Source of the DNA: Candidatus Babeliales bacterium
GTDB taxonomy: Bacteria > Babelota > Babeliae > Babelales > Vermiphilaceae
Length of the DNA stretch: 64,000 nucleotides
Reading direction: 5' to 3'
NCBI GenBank assembly: GCA_963743635.1
Contig: CAVUQO010000002.1
Coordinates: 160,001 to 224,000, forward strand
Part shown: piece by piece, positions 1-10,143 of the stretch
Numbering within the stretch: the stretch's first letter is position 1
How the letters are laid out: each line of letters starts with the position of its first letter
Translations under genes and position numbers: made by a program
Notes under the pieces: model-generated
Database searches by the model: none
The model's input: only the letters and a program-made list of their open reading frames with translations
Told to the model about the DNA's origin: nothing

Positions 1-2
1 TC

Positions 3-767
3 ACTGATATCAAAATTACTGATGCTGCTGCGCTACAAAAAATATCGGGTGCATCTTTTAAAAAATCGCTGATTGGACACGCATTCAGTTCAGTAGAAAG
101 ATTGGGGAAATACCTGGTAATTCATGTAAGTAATTCAGATAAAAAACTGGTAATGCATTTTGGATTAACCGGTTCGCTTTTGTATACCATCGATAAAAAT
201 GAATCGGTACGATTCTCACGCGTACAATTTATATTTAAAAATGGGGTTCTGCATTGGACTTGTATGAGAATGTTCGGGAAAGTATGGCTTGTTGAAGATT
301 TGCAAATTATTCCAGGGCTCAAAAAACTTGGGCTTGATGCGCTTACTATCACCAAAAAACAATTTTTGGATTTGCTTGCTGATAATGAATCAAAAAACAT
401 CAAAGCATTGTTAATGGATCAAGCAAAGATAGCGGGCATTGGCAATGAATATAGTGATGAAGCCTTGTTTCAGGCGGGAATAGATCCGCGGCATAGCGTA
501 GAAGATCTTTCAAGTGCTGCGCGTGTAAAATTATATACCATGCTGCATAAGGTTTTGCTCTACGCAATAAAAGTGCAGAAGAAAAACAGTCATGCATCTT
601 CCGGACCGCAATTATTATCAAAAGAAGCACGCAGTTCTTTCGCCTCATCCTATCTACAGGCGCATCGGCACGTGGATATGATGTGCCCAAAAAATAAAAA
701 TCATACGCTTAAAAAGATAAGCACAGCGGGCAGAACGACTTTCTATTGCCCCGAGGACCAGAAGTAG
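3..767 (+). CDS. mutM: Fpg/Nei family DNA glycosylase (5' end outside the window)
   Basis: Frame is open from position 3 (TDIKITD...RLGKYL). Motifs GKYL, HFGLTG, H2TH 'LMDQAKIAGIGNEYSDEALF', C-terminal 'GRTTFYCP'. Confidence 0.88.
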   Translation, partial: TDIKITDAAALQKISGASFKKSLIGHAFSSVERLGKYLVIHVSNSDKKLVMHFGLTGSLLYTIDKNESVRFSRVQFIFKNGVLHWTCMRMFGKVWLVEDLQIIPGLKKLGLDALTITKKQFLDLLADNESKNIKALLMDQAKIAGIGNEYSDEALFQAGIDPRHSVEDLSSAARVKLYTMLHKVLLYAIKVQKKNSHASSGPQLLSKEARSSFASSYLQAHRHVDMMCPKNKNHTLKKISTAGRTTFYCPEDQK

Positions 768-940
768 GGATTATGCCCGATCGAACCATTCCACCAACCG
801 TCCAAGTGAGAATAGCATGCTGTTTGCCATCCGGCAGCTGCTTATGGAATATCAATTCTAATCATGATATTATTAAAATCATCAATTTTTGCGATTTATA
901 AAGAATAGACTTAACAATAATGATTAGGAGAAATGAAATA

Positions 941-1285
941 ATGATTAATTTGCCAAAGTGTCCAAAATGTAGTTCAGAGTATACTTATGAAGATAATGGG
1001 ATTTTGATTTGTCCAGAATGTGCTCATGAGTGGAGCGAAGAAGTAGAAAGTGACAAGGCTGAAGGTAAAAAGATTGTCAAAGATGCGAATGGAAATATCT
1101 TGAATGATGGTGACACTGTGGCGCTCATCAAAGATCTTAAAATAAAAGGGAGTTCATCGGTCATAAAAGCTGGTACAAAAGTAAAAAACATACGGTTAGT
1201 CGATGAAGATCATAATATTGATTGCAAAATTGATGGATTTGGGAAGATGGGTTTGAAATCTGAGTTTGTCAAAAAGGTAGAGTAG
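941..1285 (+). CDS. phnA: PhnA/YjdM zinc-ribbon protein
   Basis: [15 protein letters not shown]...[23 protein letters not shown]...IDCKIDG; AGGAG upstream of ATG 941. Confidence 0.92.
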   Translation: MINLPKCPKCSSEYTYEDNGILICPECAHEWSEEVESDKAEGKKIVKDANGNILNDGDTVALIKDLKIKGSSSVIKAGTKVKNIRLVDEDHNIDCKIDGFGKMGLKSEFVKKVE

Positions 1286-1325
1286 AGGGTCTGTAAAGTA
1301 ATTAAGAAGTAATAATTGAATACGA

Positions 1326-1358
1326 AAAGCGGTTGGCGAAATCCAGCCGCTTTTTTTT
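1326..1358. terminator. Bidirectional intrinsic terminator
   Basis: aaaagcggttgg-cgaaat-ccagccgctttttttt between convergent genes. Confidence 0.8.
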
Positions 1359-1381
1359 GATAACGAGGAAGAATAACTGAT

Positions 1382-2245
1382 CTATGACGAGTGGTCTACG
1401 TCACCATCACTTATAGATGTAGTTTGTTGCTTTTTAGAGGGTAAAAAATTTTCCGTTGAAACAACGTTGATGCCAGTTTGCTGCTCGATATCTTCTCTCG
1501 TTCTGCCGGCCACAGCGCCGCCATCTTTTGCATCAACTTTTAGTTTTGTTATGCCACGAGAATCTCTTTTCTTTGTTAATTGCGTCGTAGTTGCTTCGCC
1601 AAGCATGGTAATGATGAGCTCTAAATCGGTCATGTGATCGCGCAAATTTTCTTTATCCAAGCCCTTAACCTTTTTATGCTCAGAGGCCTTTAAGCTGAAG
1701 GCTCCTTGCATAATCTCATTGGTTAGGATCGCATAATCAAACTCAGTTTTTGCGCCACGCTCATCCCATTCATCGGTTAGCTTCTGACGAATCGCCATGC
1801 CCTGGAGGCGTTTTTCAATCCAATCTTTTGGATAGCCCTTTTTTGCATACAGAGCTCGCACGCGCTCTATGCCCAATTCAGGATTCTGAATCTCCTCGAT
1901 ACGCTCCCTACCAACCTTGGCAAGCCAAGCCTTAAACGGCTCCGCCTTGGGAGAGGGAATTGATTGAATGATGCGGAACATGCCTTCCATGGTGGCACAT
2001 TCAGTGAGATATTTTTTACCGTCAGCAGCCTGTAATTTCAGTTGTCGACAAATTGTCGACAACTGAACATCCGAGGTGCTCTTTTCCCTGGTTTTCATTT
2101 TGTGCCAATAATCTCGCGGATTTTTGCTCTCCGTAAGAAGTGCAATGACATCTATTACAGCAAACCACCACTCGTTATCGGTGAAAGTTCTTCGTATTTT
2201 CTGTCCATCGAAAACGGATACATGCGTGAGATCATTATTTTTCAT
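1382..2245 (-). CDS. Bro-N domain (phage antirepressor-like) protein
   Basis: IRRTFTDNEWWFAVIDVI...QLKLQAADGKKY...RIIQSIPSPKAEPFKAWLA, LRDHMTDLEL; start set at MKNNDL after AAAGGA. Confidence 0.85.
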   Translation of the reverse strand: MKNNDLTHVSVFDGQKIRRTFTDNEWWFAVIDVIALLTESKNPRDYWHKMKTREKSTSDVQLSTICRQLKLQAADGKKYLTECATMEGMFRIIQSIPSPKAEPFKAWLAKVGRERIEEIQNPELGIERVRALYAKKGYPKDWIEKRLQGMAIRQKLTDEWDERGAKTEFDYAILTNEIMQGAFSLKASEHKKVKGLDKENLRDHMTDLELIITMLGEATTTQLTKKRDSRGITKLKVDAKDGGAVAGRTREDIEQQTGINVVSTENFLPSKKQQTTSISDGDVDHSS

Positions 2246-2331
2246 AAAAATGTCCTTTAAAAAGGGAGGCCTGCCATTCATTTTTTTCAGCTGCGAGGGC
2301 AGCTCTCAGCTTACGAGGATTGAAAAATGAA

Positions 2332-2341
2332 TGGTGTGCCC
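2332..2341 (+). repeat. Left att core (displaced tRNA 3' end)
   Basis: TGGTGTGCCC, identical to 20133-20142 and followed by a 25-codon open extension in the recombinase frame. Confidence 0.75.
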
Positions 2342-2508
2342 TAGCGGACTATTTCGGGAACTTTGTCATTGATAATAATATCATGTCTTCGGTAAAAACA
2401 TTAATGTCGGCTGCATAGATTATTAGTAATGCGCCCGCAAGCTATGATAAAATTGACTATCAGCTCGGTCTGAACCTTTTATGTATAGTTATTCAAGAAG
2501 AAGTAGTC

Positions 2509-3702
2509 GTGAACAGTACAAAATCAAAGCAACTATGCGATCTAATGCAACAGGCATACGATCGAAGTTTCATAGTGTCATCAAACCTCAAAGCCTTCTT
2601 ATCTTCAGCGTTAAGCGAATTCTCCAAGGAGTTGGCAACTAATCCGTTACCGTTGCTGGAGAACGTCAGGAATGAAATAGCGGGCATAGGCAAAAAAAAT
2701 TTAATGCCGATTACAGATGTCAAAATAACGGTTTTGAGTGAGCTTGATGCAACAATCCAACTATTAACCACACACAAAGAAACCATTCCTGCTCTCCGTT
2801 ATTATATTCAAGAGTGCGAGGATGCGAAAAAACGATGCCCTGAAAATAGCAATGCTATGATTCACTTATTGGAACCTATATTTCAAAAGGTCGTAGCATT
2901 CTTTTTATGCGATCGTTCCGCGGATCATAGCAAGCTGCTAGCAGCGCTTGTTGAACTAGATAATGAGGGAAAAATAATAAAATACATTTTTGCTCCAAGT
3001 TTATACGCGTGGCATGAAGAAGGTCAGATATGGGAGCGAAACAACACAAGTAGCATAGAGCAAAGTTTAAGTCGCCTTATCTATCTTTATTCGCTTTACG
3101 ATCTCAAAGCTCGTCAAAATATGATCCAGCATTTTGCTCAAGAGAACAATCAGTTGGCTGTTCATTATATATGCCTAGACGCTGAAAAATTAGACGCCGC
3201 CTTGGAAGGTCGTACACAAAAAGATGCTATCGCCTTAGGGTTCGATATAGAGGAAATCAAGGTTAATATGAGCCGCGTATGGGATTTTATTAAGCCACAA
3301 TTACTTTCTGATGAAGTTAAGCAGGCTATCCCAGAAGATACACACCAAGAAGATACGTACGATGGAGCGACCGGCATACTTAAGATCATGGGAATTCCTA
3401 TACAGTTCCAACGGCATGGCCTAAGGGGGCAAATTATGGAAAATTTATTTCCAGGTAGCAAGACTACCAAGGTACCGATAGTATTTGATGTTCTTTATGA
3501 TGAAATTATCAATCAGCAACTATGTGCAATATGGAGCAAGTTTGGTAATAAGCAATGGGATGGTCTTAGTCAAGACCAAAGAGCGGCGGTAAAAAAGGAT
3601 ATATATGATGCATGTGGCGGCATTAATGATCGAATCGAAAAAATGACCCAGTCAAAAGTAAAAAATTACGTTAAGGTGGACAACTTAACGCTATCTATTT
3701 AA
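2509..3702 (+). CDS. Hypothetical protein (first gene of the element)
   Basis: 397-aa ORF, predicted helical, no motif recognised. Confidence 0.7.
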   Translation: MNSTKSKQLCDLMQQAYDRSFIVSSNLKAFLSSALSEFSKELATNPLPLLENVRNEIAGIGKKNLMPITDVKITVLSELDATIQLLTTHKETIPALRYYIQECEDAKKRCPENSNAMIHLLEPIFQKVVAFFLCDRSADHSKLLAALVELDNEGKIIKYIFAPSLYAWHEEGQIWERNNTSSIEQSLSRLIYLYSLYDLKARQNMIQHFAQENNQLAVHYICLDAEKLDAALEGRTQKDAIALGFDIEEIKVNMSRVWDFIKPQLLSDEVKQAIPEDTHQEDTYDGATGILKIMGIPIQFQRHGLRGQIMENLFPGSKTTKVPIVFDVLYDEIINQQLCAIWSKFGNKQWDGLSQDQRAAVKKDIYDACGGINDRIEKMTQSKVKNYVKVDNLTLSI

Positions 3703-3822
3703 GCAACCACACAATCAGATATCGAATCCTATATCGTCATTATAGGCACTTAATTATGCCTCTATCACCAGAGATTTAAGCGACCATGTTGTCGACTCGA
3801 CAAAAACCAGACTCTCCACGAC

Positions 3823-4011
3823 ATGCCAGACTCTAATCTGGGTCTCATGAAGCAAAAAAAATTAACTATGACCGTACATTTCCAGTCAAGACATCCAGGG
3901 CCCCTAACGGCGGATGAGGGTAAACAACTCGCGGATTTTTTCAGAACACTCATGGATCTTTGCCCTACTAATGATACGAAAAAGGTAAAAACTCATGATT
4001 CGTATAAGTGA
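3823..4011 (+). CDS. Small hypothetical protein
   Basis: 62-aa ORF overlapping the start of the SpoVG-like gene; true start uncertain. Confidence 0.35.
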   Translation: MPDSNLGLMKQKKLTMTVHFQSRHPGPLTADEGKQLADFFRTLMDLCPTNDTKKVKTHDSYK

Positions 4012-4291
4012 AATTCAGATCGTACCCATTCAATCGAATAACGGGCTTGTAGGATTCGCAAGCTTAATCTTTGAAGATGCCTTCTACCTCAGTTCAATAG
4101 GTATCTTCACTAGACCATCCGGAGGATATCGTCTCACTTATCCACTCAGGAAAAACACACGCTCCAATCTCAACTTTTTTTACCCAATCAATAAAGAAGT
4201 GGCTGAGCAGATTGAGCATGCGGTAACTAAAAAATTTGAAGAAATGAAGATGCAAAAACCAGAATTTAACTTACTGAAAAGCGCACTATGA
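3995..4291 (+). CDS. SpoVG-like nucleic-acid-binding protein
   Basis: ISEIQIVP...GLVGFASLIFEDAFYLSSIGI...GYRLTYP...FFYPINKE resembles the SpoVG pattern. Confidence 0.75.
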   Translation: MIRISEIQIVPIQSNNGLVGFASLIFEDAFYLSSIGIFTRPSGGYRLTYPLRKNTRSNLNFFYPINKEVAEQIEHAVTKKFEEMKMQKPEFNLLKSAL

Positions 4292-4509
4292 AGCGTAACT
4301 ACTTTTCTTATCTAAAATTTTCACTACGACGCGACATGGAAAAAAAGGGATGCGCACCTTCAGAGCGCTTATGCATAGACAATAACAAACACACATTTCA
4401 AATACATATTGGCAATAAACCCCAAGGAGCTTCATATGTAGCCTCATTTGATAATTTTGACGATGAAGAAAATGTCTTAACGTGCTCGTACGGACTGCTT
4501 AATTCTTAA
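4288..4509 (+). CDS. Hypothetical protein
   Basis: 73-aa ORF with ATGA overlap to the upstream gene. Confidence 0.5.
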   Translation: MKRNYFSYLKFSLRRDMEKKGCAPSERLCIDNNKHTFQIHIGNKPQGASYVASFDNFDDEENVLTCSYGLLNS

Positions 4510-4613
4510 AATCAGTACCACTTTAAAAAATCAGTTCATCTTCACGATACAAGGTGATTTAAAAAAAAAGGGGCCATCGACTGATATAGATAGGCCCCCA
4601 TAGGAGATTTAGT

Positions 4614-6211
4614 ATGGAAAATAATAACAAAAAAAGCGCCTATTCGACAACCAAGACAAAGGCGTAGCGATCTCATAGAATCAGCAAAAAAACAATGGGA
4701 AGAAGATGCAAATCTATTGGCGCAAGAGAAAGCTGACATCGGCTATTCAGATCTTCTCTTGGGACGCATTTTTAGAACTCTCGCTCCATGCCCTCGATAT
4801 CGAAGTACAATCAAAAATAATCGAACTACAAGATCGATATAAAGATCTGCAAGCTCGCCAGGCAATACATATGGGCGGAAGACAAAGTCATTGACGAATT
4901 CAACAAAAAACATGCCGTAGTGCACGTCGATCAAACCTACATTCTTACCGAAAAAATCAATATGTTTGGTGGTCAGGATTTTTCACTAGAGAAATCGACA
5001 ATCCTTCAGGACATATTATGAAGACGAAACGATTGTATGTATTGATGGAATAGAGCGAAGCAAGGCAGATATATGGCTTAAAAGCCCTAAGCGGCGCAAA
5101 TATAAGGGGATAATCTTTGACCCTACGATCAACAGAATCGTACCAAGGATTACTATAATCTCTGGAAAGGCTTTAGTAGAGTCTCCGATTCAAGGCAATT
5201 GTAAGAAATATTGGGACGCATGTAAAAGAAAACATTTGCGATAACGATGAAGATGCTGTACGATATATTTACGAAAATGGTTAGGATACATTTTTCAAAA
5301 GCCAGCACGAAGTGCATACCGCATTAGTATTATGCGGATCTCAAGGTGTAGGCAAAGAATAGTTTTGTTGAACCACTTGGCATTCTTCTCGGGCTCACAC
5401 TATGCCCCGCTGAGTAGCATTACAGAGTTAGTGTCTAATTTTAATTACCATCTAAAAAATGCCGTATTCATTCATGCCAATGAAGCCTTCTGGGGTGGCA
5501 ATAAGAAAGATATTGGCACAGTAAAGGCTATGATTACAGAGACAAAGATGTCTCGATCGAAGGGAAAGGGAAAAGATCGCATTGTTGTGAGGAATTTTAA
5601 GCATGTAATTCTCAGCAGTAATGAAGATTGGCCTAGTTCATCTTGATCGCTGATGATCGACGCTTCTTTGTCTTACAAGTTTCAGAAAAACATAAAGAAG
5701 ATCAGCGTTATTTCAACGCAATAAAGGAAGAATTAGACAATGGCGGACTATGAGGCACTCTTGCATGATTTGCTGCATGAGGATTTAAAGGGTTTTAATC
5801 CGCGTAAATTACCTTCAAGTTCGGCTTCTTTTCCTATAAAAATGCGTAGCGCGGATTCTGCACATAGATATATTTATGATGCGCTTAATCAGGGTGGATT
5901 TTCAATAGGATTGTTACCTGACAATGATCTACCGGTATGGCAAGAGGAAATACCCAAAAAGATGTGTTTATGATGATTACAAAGCTTGGTGTATATCTGA
6001 CAATGAGAATTCGTTATCCATGGAGCAATTTGGTAAGGTATTCAAGAAATTAATCATATCAATAGATGATAAAAGACCTGGGGGCGGATAACGCGCGCGA
6101 TGCTATAAATTACCGAGTCTCAGACAAGCTCGAAAGGATTTTAGTGAAGCATTCAAAGAGAACCCGGAGAACATTTTTGATGATTACAAATCAGAGGAGG
6201 AAATAATTTAG
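4614..6211 (+). pseudogene. Primase-associated helicase/NTPase (DUF5906-like), multiply frameshifted
   Basis: TAGGAG + ATG 4614; fragments give Walker A 'CGSQGVGK', 'FIHANEAFWGGNKK', 'ILSSNEDW', 'DDRRFFVL'; stop TAG 6209-6211. Breaks may be read errors. Confidence 0.75.
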
Positions 6212-6434
6212 TCCAGGATCGGTCCAGGAATAAGGCAATAGAAAAAGATGCTTAAAACAAACTATAGTCCATGATGTCCATGTAGTCCGGGTTATTTCAA
6301 CGCTAGAAATACAATCTTGTTATGAGATGCGAATATAATTGCGAGAAATAAAGTCGCCTGGACTGTATGGACACCGTGGACAACGCCGTAAGATACGTAT
6401 TTTTACCACAGTGATACATGGACCAAGCGTGGAC
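6211..6434. repeat. Mirror-symmetric array of ten GTCC/GGAC heptamer boxes (candidate replication origin)
   Basis: GTCC(A/G)(G/T)G boxes start at 6211, 6222, 6267, 6276, 6285; inverted TGGAC boxes end at 6363, 6372, 6381, 6423, 6434. Confidence 0.7.
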
Positions 6435-6452
6435 GAGAAGGAGAAAAAGAGC

Positions 6453-7478
6453 ATGACGATTCTTGAATTGGCGCACCAAGCCGGCATAAGACCAAAATGG
6501 GTAGCAAGCACAAATGGTGGCGAATATCATTCACCATGTCCAGCATGTGGTGGTGAAGATAGATTTTACATTCAACCACATCGACCAATGAGTAACTGCA
6601 TCGGCTCTTATTGCTGTCGTCAATGCGGTACATATGGAGATAGTATTGAGTTTGCTCGGCAATTTCTTAATTACTCGTTTGAAGAGGCTATTTCAGCACT
6701 GAATGTTGTTGTAACAGCAAAAATGACATCTTCGATATTCAATGTTTCTCCTACTTACAGAGTATCCGTTCTGCGAAAACCGCCCCAGGAATGGATGATA
6801 AAGGCTACTGCATTTGTTGAGCATGCACACAAAAGCCTTCTGCACAATGAACAATTTTTAACTTATCTGGAATCACGAGGTCTGCCATTAGCCGCTGTTG
6901 AGCGCTATAAGCTGGGTTGGATACATACGAACTTATTCTTGCCTAGAATGAGCTGGGGACTAGAGGAACAACTCAAGCAAGATGGAAAATCGAGCTCATT
7001 ATGGATACCAAAGGGATTGGTAATTCCAAGCATCAATCAAAAAGGTTCAGTAATTCGACTAAAAGTACGCAGAAGTGATTGGAATGAAGATGATACATTG
7101 CCCAAATACGCAGCAATATCTGGGAGTATGAATGGAATGGCCATAGTGGGTTCACCACAATGCTCTACTATGCTTGTCGTAGAATCGGAGCTTGATGCTT
7201 ATGCAATTGACTATGCTGCTGGGGATGTTGTTTGTACGGTTGCTGTTGGTAGCAATATCAAAAATCCTGACAATATCACAGATCGCTTGGCAAAAAATGT
7301 AGCGCGGCTGCTTATATGCCATGACAATGATAAAGCGGGGTTGCAAATGCTTACAAAGTGGAAGACCCTATATCCTAAGGCAAGGGCATGCACGGTGCCC
7401 TCTGGTAAGGATGCCGGAGAGTACATTCAGCATGGTGGTAATATAAGAACATTAGTCTCTAATTTTATAAAGGAATAA
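6453..7478 (+). CDS. Primase: zinc-binding domain + Toprim domain
   Basis: EYHSPCPACGGEDRF...CCRQCG; VVESELDA; CHDNDKAG; GKDAGE; AAGGAG upstream of ATG 6453. Confidence 0.85.
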   Translation: MTILELAHQAGIRPKWVASTNGGEYHSPCPACGGEDRFYIQPHRPMSNCIGSYCCRQCGTYGDSIEFARQFLNYSFEEAISALNVVVTAKMTSSIFNVSPTYRVSVLRKPPQEWMIKATAFVEHAHKSLLHNEQFLTYLESRGLPLAAVERYKLGWIHTNLFLPRMSWGLEEQLKQDGKSSSLWIPKGLVIPSINQKGSVIRLKVRRSDWNEDDTLPKYAAISGSMNGMAIVGSPQCSTMLVVESELDAYAIDYAAGDVVCTVAVGSNIKNPDNITDRLAKNVARLLICHDNDKAGLQMLTKWKTLYPKARACTVPSGKDAGEYIQHGGNIRTLVSNFIKE

Positions 7479-7480
7479 GC

Positions 7481-7849
7481 ATGGAAGATAATAACATACA
7501 AATTGGATGGTTGCCTGAAAACCTGACTCAGGAAACTCAAATGGCTGACGCATTATGTGAATACGCTTCGAGACCAACATCTATCACGCTGCATCCTTTC
7601 GCCTTTGCAAAAAAAATATCCGTAAAAGATTTTGAAAGCTTGGCTGACTTGCCTGAGGATGGACAACAAGTAATTTTACCAAATGCAGCCTATATATGTC
7701 TTAACCTCTTGGAGGCAAGAACAAAGGACATTGGTGGTTTTTGCGAAATGTATTGGCAAGGCAAAGATGGTCTATATTGGAAGGAATTACATATATTCGA
7801 CGAAATAACTGGAATAACATGCCAGAGATTCCTCGAACCAATCTGCTAA
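7481..7849 (+). CDS. Hypothetical protein
   Basis: 122-aa ORF directly after the primase, AAGGA RBS. Confidence 0.6.
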   Translation: MEDNNIQIGWLPENLTQETQMADALCEYASRPTSITLHPFAFAKKISVKDFESLADLPEDGQQVILPNAAYICLNLLEARTKDIGGFCEMYWQGKDGLYWKELHIFDEITGITCQRFLEPIC

Positions 7850-7850
7850 T

Positions 7851-8516
7851 CTAAATTCTCTCAACATAAGCATCATATAAATCCGATGGCACATGGAAGA
7901 AATAGGGATCTCCAATGAGATATTCAGCACGCTCTCCGTACCAATCACGCAATTCCTTATCTGTTGCGTTAAAAGCCATCTCATCGTATTCGACGTATTT
8001 TCTTCTAAGTTTTTGAAATGTAGAGTTTTTCATCCATGGTGGTTTTTGCTTAAGAGAGCCACCTCGATTTTTCAGAAAATTCTCAATGTCATAGCTTGCG
8101 TTTTTACAACGCTCTGAAGGACGAAGCCTTTGTGAGTAATAGCCCAGATTGGCGCACTTTCGACATAAATACATGCCTTTAACACAATAGAGTTTTCGCA
8201 TCCGCTTATCGCATTTCGGACAATGAAAGAAGCGATAAAATCCGCCATAGTTGCACGATTTCTTCTCAACGGGTATTGCGTATGAGCCGCCGCTATATTG
8301 AACTAGAAGGCTATCATCATCTTGCAGAAAAGCCTTCAACGAATAGCGTGGAATCGAAAGGGATAATTTATCTGCGCTTTCTTTAACAAGCTGCACTGCT
8401 TCTGGGTGCTTAAACATATCAAATGAATCGATCTCGCTGAGCCAGAATGCTGAGCAGAGTGATTTCGGTATATGTTGCTTCTTAATCCTCCAATACCAAT
8501 ACCAATTCATATGCAC
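7851..8516 (-). CDS. Zinc-finger protein of a mobile-element-associated type
   Basis: YGGFYRFFHCPKC...KLY...YLCRKCANLGYYSQ...KPPWM. Confidence 0.7.
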   Translation of the reverse strand: MHMNWYWYWRIKKQHIPKSLCSAFWLSEIDSFDMFKHPEAVQLVKESADKLSLSIPRYSLKAFLQDDDSLLVQYSGGSYAIPVEKKSCNYGGFYRFFHCPKCDKRMRKLYCVKGMYLCRKCANLGYYSQRLRPSERCKNASYDIENFLKNRGGSLKQKPPWMKNSTFQKLRRKYVEYDEMAFNATDKELRDWYGERAEYLIGDPYFFHVPSDLYDAYVERI

Positions 8517-8660
8517 TCTTTTCTATTTATCGAAATGTCCAGGTTAAATGACCTAATGGCTTCAACATTTTACTCATAAACTGATATACTATTTTCACAA
8601 TTATACCATATCAATGCTTAGACAAAACATAAAATATCACCCTAACGGAGGCCCGCCCTT

Positions 8661-9227
8661 ATGACCATACATAATTATATCTTTCGTATTATGCTAATCA
8701 GTAATCTTGTTATCTTTTCATGTTATGCAGCTCAAGAATTAAAGGTACTAAAGGGGAGTGATCTTATGAATGATCCTCAGGTAGAATTGAATTTAAAGGC
8801 GGTTTACTTTAAATCTTTTAACGAAGTGTATCGCAATCATTGGTCGATGGAATTCGAAGAAGAAGTTCTTGAAGGTTTTAATACGTACATTGAACGATTT
8901 AAACAATCAAATGATATGGTGCTCGTGGTGGCGACTATGGATGATGCGCTCGCAGGGTGGATACTATTTCAAAAGGAACAACAAAGAGCAATTGTGGAAA
9001 TTATATGCATCAGCCCAGAATATCAGCGAAAAGGTCTTGGTAAAAAACTTATTTTTTCCTTCCGAGAATGTTGGTCTGACCTTACCAACCTTGCAGTCCT
9101 AACACGTAAGATTAATGCTTTTTCGCCCTTATTTTACGAATCACTCGGATTTAGAAAAACTAATTTTATGCTGCCAGAATATAACCCGTCTGATGTACAA
9201 GGCTATGAATTAGATCTCTCTGTTTAA
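8661..9227 (+). CDS. GNAT N-acetyltransferase with N-terminal signal peptide
   Basis: ISPEYQRKGLGKKL acetyl-CoA motif; FYESLGF. Confidence 0.85.
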   Translation: MTIHNYIFRIMLISNLVIFSCYAAQELKVLKGSDLMNDPQVELNLKAVYFKSFNEVYRNHWSMEFEEEVLEGFNTYIERFKQSNDMVLVVATMDDALAGWILFQKEQQRAIVEIICISPEYQRKGLGKKLIFSFRECWSDLTNLAVLTRKINAFSPLFYESLGFRKTNFMLPEYNPSDVQGYELDLSV

Positions 9228-9258
9228 ACGCCCCTACAATTATCACACAAGGATTAAC

Positions 9259-10134
9259 ATGGAAGTAATTATCGATACATCCCTAGTAAAGCGCTTGATT
9301 GCCACTCAATTCCCTCAATGGGCAGACGTACCTATCAAACCAGTCGAAAAACAAGGGTGGGATAATAGAACGTTCCGTTTAGGAAATAACATGCTCATTC
9401 GTCTGCCAAGTGCGCAAAGGTACGCTTTGAAAGTAGAAATAGAACAGCAATGGTTACCCAAACTTGCCCCACATCTCCCTCTTGAAATTCCGGTGCCGCT
9501 CGCAATGGGAAACCCTTCTCATGAATATCCTTGGCATTGGTCTATTTATAAATGGATTGATGGGGAAGCAGCTTCGCTTGATCGCATATCCGATTTAAAT
9601 CAATGTGCTCAATCATTAGCAGAATTTTTAAGGGTACTGGAATCTATTGATGCAACGGGTGGACCTTCTACTGGACCACACAATTTTTATCGAGGCGGTC
9701 CACTGAAAACATACGATGATCAAACCAAGCAAGCTATAGATATTCTTAAGGATAAAATTGATGGCCAAACGATAACTAATATTTGGGATACTGCTCTGAG
9801 TTCTCAATGGCAAAAAAAACCAGTTTGGGTTCACGGGGATATTGAAGCAGATAATTTACTCGTCAAGGATGGCAATCTTAATGCGGTTATTGATTTTGGC
9901 GGCTTAGGAGTAGGTGATCCGGCATGTGATTTAGCAATTGCATGGACCTTCTTTAAGGATGAAAGCCGCGCTATATTTCGCAATTCACTATCATTAGATG
10001 ATGACACGTGGGCACGTGGACGCGGCTGGGCATTATGGAAAGCCCTGATAGTATGCGCCGAACTTACAGGAACCGATAATAAAAAAATCGAAAAATATAA
10101 AAGAGTTTTAGGCGAAGTAATAAAAGGAAAGTGA
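9259..10134 (+). CDS. Aminoglycoside phosphotransferase (APH) family kinase
   Basis: GWDNRTFRLG, WVHGD, VIDFG, GDPACDL, ARGRGWALWK. Confidence 0.92.
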   Translation: MEVIIDTSLVKRLIATQFPQWADVPIKPVEKQGWDNRTFRLGNNMLIRLPSAQRYALKVEIEQQWLPKLAPHLPLEIPVPLAMGNPSHEYPWHWSIYKWIDGEAASLDRISDLNQCAQSLAEFLRVLESIDATGGPSTGPHNFYRGGPLKTYDDQTKQAIDILKDKIDGQTITNIWDTALSSQWQKKPVWVHGDIEADNLLVKDGNLNAVIDFGGLGVGDPACDLAIAWTFFKDESRAIFRNSLSLDDDTWARGRGWALWKALIVCAELTGTDNKKIEKYKRVLGEVIKGK

Positions 10135-10143
10135 AATCGATTT

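Noticed and set aside
4614..6211. Claim that the element is replication-dead
   Set aside because: The helicase frameshifts cannot be told apart from read errors given similar breaks in core genes.
6339..6452. N-terminal extension of the primase in the ORF track
   Set aside because: It overlaps the repeat array; the RBS supports ATG 6453.
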